Below the pieces are notes generated by a model. The model searched no databases, was not told the origin of the DNA, and saw only the letters and a list, made by a program, of their open reading frames with translations. A stretch of DNA of 64,000 bases from Dehalococcoidia bacterium (GTDB taxonomy: Bacteria > Chloroflexota > Dehalococcoidia > UBA2979), in the NCBI GenBank assembly GCA_029246995.1, contig JAQWMB010000019.1, forward strand, positions 3,483 through 67,482, given 5' to 3'. Shown here piece after piece: positions 61,344 to 64,000 of this stretch. A program made the position numbers and the translations under genes. Positions within the stretch are counted from its first letter, which is position 1; the number at the start of each line of letters is the position of its first letter.

Positions 61344-61862
61344 ATGCCTATTTATACATTAGGAAACTTATCTCCAAAAATTCATCCAGATGCATACGTT
61401 GCTCCATCGGCAGATATAATCGGCGATGTTACTGTAGAAGCAAATGCTTCTATTTGGTTTGGCGCGGTGCTTAGAGGCGATTCGGGTCCAATTGTGATAG
61501 GTGAAAATTCAAATATTCAAGATTTATGTATTTTGCATGAAGCTGTTACGATTGGTAAAAACTGCGTATTAGGTCATGGAGTTCTTGCACATGGCATAAC
61601 CATGCATGAAGGAGCTGCTCTCGGCAATGGCGCATTGGTTCATGAAGGAAGTGCCATAGGAGCTGGTGCTATTGTCGCTGCAGGTTCTGTTGTAAATGCA
61701 AATACTATAATACCAAAAAATACTATTTGGATGGGTATTCCAGCAATATTGAGAGGCCAGGTTCCAGAAAGAATTTCTAGCCGATTTAAAAATACGTTAA
61801 GTGATTATTTAGAACTCAAAGTTCAATATGCAAATAGTCTTATAGAAGAGATTGAAAAGTAA
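61344..61862 (+). CDS. gamma-carbonic-anhydrase-like / PaaY-like left-handed beta-helix protein
   Basis: IHPDAYVAPSADIIGDVTVEANASIWFGAVLRGDSGPIVIGENSNIQD..ILH is the typical gamma-CA family N-terminus. ATG 61344 lies 1 nt after the upstream stop. Confidence 0.85.
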   Translation: MPIYTLGNLSPKIHPDAYVAPSADIIGDVTVEANASIWFGAVLRGDSGPIVIGENSNIQDLCILHEAVTIGKNCVLGHGVLAHGITMHEGAALGNGALVHEGSAIGAGAIVAAGSVVNANTIIPKNTIWMGIPAILRGQVPERISSRFKNTLSDYLELKVQYANSLIEEIEK

Positions 61863-61883
61863 TTTTTATGGTATAATTACTTT

Positions 61884-62933
61884 ATGAGTAAACACAATTA
61901 TACTGTTTTAGAATCAAATAGTTCTCAAGAAATTTTATTAGAATTACGTGATAATAATCTATGGATTGGTCAAGATGATTTATCATTAAAATTGAATTGG
62001 ACCTTAAAGCCTGAAGGTCTTTGTAAAGAAGAAATATGTGTACCTGTTAAGCAACCGACTTTATTATCTTCGGATAGTCAAATTAATTTAATGCAATTTG
62101 CTCAAGAGCTTAATCGTCCCCTTACTTTAGAATTAAATAAAAACGTAGTCTTTTTAGGAGAATCAGCGTATGACCGCTCTGTCGCATTGTATTCTCAGCA
62201 AGCACCAGAAATTACACTTCCCGATTTAGATGGAAATCTACATAATCTATCTGAACATTTTGGAAAAAAATTATGCTTAGTCGTTCATGCTTCATGGTGA
62301 GGATGCAGACAAGATTTGCCAGTTTGGCAGAAAATATACTCTGAATTATCTAATTACAATTTTACAGTTTTTTCTGTAATGGAAGATAAGAATATTGATG
62401 ATGCTCGCCCTTGGATAGAGGGAGCCAATGCTGAATTTCCATGTACAATTGATACTAAACATATTGTTTCAGATTTGTACAACATGTTTAATGTCCCTAC
62501 AATAGTTTGGATTGATGAATCGGGAAAAATAGTACGACCAAATGATGTTGTAGTTATGAATGAAAGTGGAGCTAAGCTTGTTAAAGTTGATCCAGAAGAA
62601 TATATTCAAAAGATTAGAAATTGGGTTATTAATGATTCAAGCCCAGTTTCTTCAAAGGATGAATTCATTAAATTAAAAAATCAAAGAACTCCTGCAGATA
62701 AAGAACAATTGGCGAGAGCAGAATTTGCATTAGGACAATGGTTGTTTGATAATAAGGAAATTAGTTTAGCAGGTAATCACTTTGAACGTGCGACTGAATT
62801 ATCTCCCGCTGATATCATGATACAAAGGGGGACTATGTCAATGAGAGGCATGGATCCTATGAAAGATTATGGTCCCATTGCTGGTGAAATAATACAAAAG
62901 GGATTTAAGCTGTATAGACCTATTAGAGATTAG
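61884..62933 (+). CDS. thioredoxin-fold (TlpA/ResA/redoxin-like) selenoprotein, W-U-G-C redox motif (in-frame TGA at 62298-62300)
   Basis: Track ORFs 61884-62300 and 62316-62933 are in the same frame (offset 432 nt) and are separated only by the TGA. The joined sequence reads APEITLPDLDGNLHNLSEHFGKKLCLVVHASW-U-GCRQDLPVWQKIY...FSVMEDKN...FPCTIDTKHIVSDLYNMFNVPTIVWIDESGKIV. This is the canonical redoxin pattern with Sec replacing the first Cys of WCxxC. Confidence 0.85.
62315..62331 (+). promoter_or_regulatory. candidate SECIS hairpin downstream of the UGA in the redoxin selenoprotein
   Basis: UUUGCCA-GUU-UGGCAGA. The core is 5 Watson-Crick pairs (62317-62321 with 62325-62329), extended by a U.G and a U-A pair. 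It starts 14 nt after the UGA, and the loop contains G. Confidence 0.5.
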
Positions 62934-62949
62934 TATTTGAGGAGATAAA

Positions 62950-63759
62950 ATGACTTATAAAGACTATGAAACTTTAGTGATTGATTTTACTGGTTATGTT
63001 GCAACTGTAAGGATGAATCGTCCAGAAAAACTTAATGCATTTGATCAAATAATGGGTAAAGAGTTAATTAAGGTTACAGATGATTTAAAAAACAACGATG
63101 ATGTGAGATGCATTATTTTGACTGGAACCGGTAGAGGATTCTGCTCAGGAGTCGACTTAGGTCAAGATAGAACACCAGCAAAAGAAAATATTTTCAGCAG
63201 AGGAATGCTTGATGAGCATGGTTTTAGTGGTCGCGTGGCACTAGCTTGGAATGAAATTGATAAGCCAACTATTGCTGCTATTAATGGCGTTGCGGCTGGA
63301 GGTGGTCTTGGTTTAGCAATGCTTCAAGATATACGAATAGCTGCTGAATCTGCAAGATTAATTCCAATCTTTTCAAGACGTGGGATTGCACCAGAACTTG
63401 GTATGAGTTGGACTACACCTAATGTTATTGGATACAGTAAAGCTCTCGAATGGTTTTATACAGGAGATGAATTATCTGGTCAACAAGCTTTTGATTTAGG
63501 TGTTGCAAATCATGTAGTAGAAGATGCCAGGCTACAAGAATATGCTTTAGAGTTAGCTACAAAGATATCTGAATGGAGCTCTCCTATAGCAACAAGGCTC
63601 ACAAAACGGACAGTCTATGCTAGCTTAAACTCAGATAGCTTAAGGCAACATTTAATTTATGAAGCTATGAATGTAGGTCTAGGAAGTTCTACAGAAGATA
63701 CTGTGGAAGGGCGTGCATCTATTATTGAAAAAAGAAAACCTGAATTTAAAGGTAAGTAA
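62950..63759 (+). CDS. enoyl-CoA hydratase/isomerase family protein
   Basis: 269 aa with GVAAGGGLGLAMLQDIRIAAESARL. Confidence 0.88.
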   Translation: MTYKDYETLVIDFTGYVATVRMNRPEKLNAFDQIMGKELIKVTDDLKNNDDVRCIILTGTGRGFCSGVDLGQDRTPAKENIFSRGMLDEHGFSGRVALAWNEIDKPTIAAINGVAAGGGLGLAMLQDIRIAAESARLIPIFSRRGIAPELGMSWTTPNVIGYSKALEWFYTGDELSGQQAFDLGVANHVVEDARLQEYALELATKISEWSSPIATRLTKRTVYASLNSDSLRQHLIYEAMNVGLGSSTEDTVEGRASIIEKRKPEFKGK

Positions 63760-63769
63760 TTTTTTTAAT

Positions 63770-64000
63770 TTAATGAATGAATTTATTTATAATTTCTGCC
63801 CATTGCTCAGGATTTTTATCAAGGTTCATTAGTGAGATGCTTTCGGGTCTTAATCCCTCACCATTAGGTAGGCCATTTACAAAGTCATTATGTTGAACCC
63901 CTAATGCACTTTGGCTACCATGTACAACCAATGTAGGCACTGTGATGTTTTTAATTGCTTCAAAAAAATCATACTTGAGCATGCAAAATGGTATAGCACC
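63770..64000 (-). CDS. alpha/beta hydrolase, C-terminal part (N-terminus beyond the right window edge)
   Basis: The track ORF 63770-63982 encodes only a C-terminal ABH segment (ITVPTLVVHGSQS...). The frame continues upstream to the window end. Confidence 0.6.
   Translation of the reverse strand, partial: GAIPFCMLKYDFFEAIKNITVPTLVVHGSQSALGVQHNDFVNGLPNGEGLRPESISLMNLDKNPEQWAEIINKFIH

Overview
This is an AT-rich window (about one-third G+C by eye) that is almost fully coding. I count about 68 protein genes. I found no rRNA, tRNA, CRISPR, transposase, integrase or phage genes, and no recognisable transcription factor. All family calls come from motif recognition in the supplied or manually made translations, since I could run no searches.

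Layout:
- 1-35 kb is housekeeping: recG, a FakA/FakB-like pair, rpmB, rpe, and an arg operon (argJ-argB-[UPF0182]-argD-argG-argH). It continues with nth, selD, groEL with a CIRCE operator, NiSOD plus its SodX protease, nifS-nuoB, an IscA-like gene, and a sufCBD-Rieske-sufSUT operon.
- 35-46 kb holds a partial methylcitrate-type cluster (PrpD-like, citrate synthase, acyl-CoA synthetase) and an FMN-barrel/UbiA fusion gene.
- 46-64 kb is a dense accessory catabolic block. It contains repeated MaoC/hotdog hydratase modules, four crotonase-fold genes, a double family-III CoA-transferase, two luciferase-like monooxygenases, a tandem RidA, alpha/beta hydrolases, orphan substrate-binding proteins and an MFS transporter.

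The gene content fits a streamlined marine bacterium with Chloroflexota (SAR202-like) or Actinobacteria-like traits. That is inference only.

Main points the ORF track misses:
1. The organism decodes UGA as selenocysteine. selD carries an in-frame TGA at 15411.
2. Two adjacent track ORFs (61884-62300 and 62316-62933) are one TlpA/ResA-type thioredoxin-fold selenoprotein with a W-U-G-C redox motif and a hairpin just downstream.
3. recG (1-2238, minus strand) is absent from the track because it has no stop codon inside the window.
4. An alpha/beta hydrolase is frameshifted at an A7 tract (60522-60528).
5. An MFS gene has a conserved N-terminus with no ATG, GTG or TTG start.

The best candidate for an undescribed system is the 16-gene divergent operon pair at 47.6-63.8 kb, which contains the selenoprotein.
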